A stretch of DNA of 53,800 nucleotides, taken from an uncultured Thermotogae bacterium (lineage in GTDB: Bacteria; Bipolaricaulota; Bipolaricaulia; M55B111). Shown one piece after another: positions 51,464 to 53,800 of the stretch; the stretch's first letter is position 1; every line of letters starts with the position of its first letter. A program made the position numbers and the translations under genes. The notes under the pieces were generated by a model. The model was not told where the DNA came from. It saw nothing but the letters and a program-made list of their open reading frames with translations, and did not search any database. Location of the stretch: the NCBI GenBank assembly GCA_964506635.1, contig CAZDMI010000001.1, positions 1-53,800 of the forward strand, in the 5' to 3' direction.

Positions 51464-53800
<2,337 letters not shown>

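Overview
Gene-dense bacterial chromosomal window with about 50 protein genes. I recognised no rRNA, tRNA, CRISPR array, transposase or integrase. All family assignments come from reading the supplied translations and the DNA by eye; no search was run.

Content:
(1) Uptake systems. An orphan LivJ-type binding protein. A TrpXYZ-type ABC importer preceded by what reads as a classical ribosome-mediated attenuator, with a 31-codon leader peptide ending Y-T-Y-Y-W-Y-E. One complete Opp/Dpp-type ABC system (854-aa binding protein, two permeases, two ATPases). A second Opp-type cluster with a binding protein and two permeases but no ATPases. This second cluster is flanked by two secreted HEAT-repeat paralogs that share a 476-bp, 100% identical 5' block, and by a membrane protein with two apparently catalytically dead MA-peptidase-like modules.
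(2) Anaerobic redox. A four-subunit 2-oxoacid:ferredoxin oxidoreductase, and a NuoE/NuoF/(NuoG+GltD fusion) operon of the Bfu/Stn (NfnABC-like) type.
(3) Housekeeping. rpmE, rpsI, rsmA, cysS, pgsA, rsfS, an LCP protein, an AMMECR1 protein, mtaB, a phoH-like gene, a 7TM-HD protein, the 5' part of ligA, TatC-TatA-TatC, two GT4 glycosyltransferases and an acyltransferase.
(4) Oddities. A CoaBC-like gene lacking the hallmark catalytic residues. A small 2TM plus TIR/NDT-like gene pair. A densely structured 330-nt intergenic region (candidate ncRNA). A 9-mer repeated three times in the redox-operon leader. Promoters placed for leaderless mRNAs. A small gene in an AT-rich island.

The proteins are conspicuously acidic, with poly-D/E tails. 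The taxon cannot be assigned by eye.
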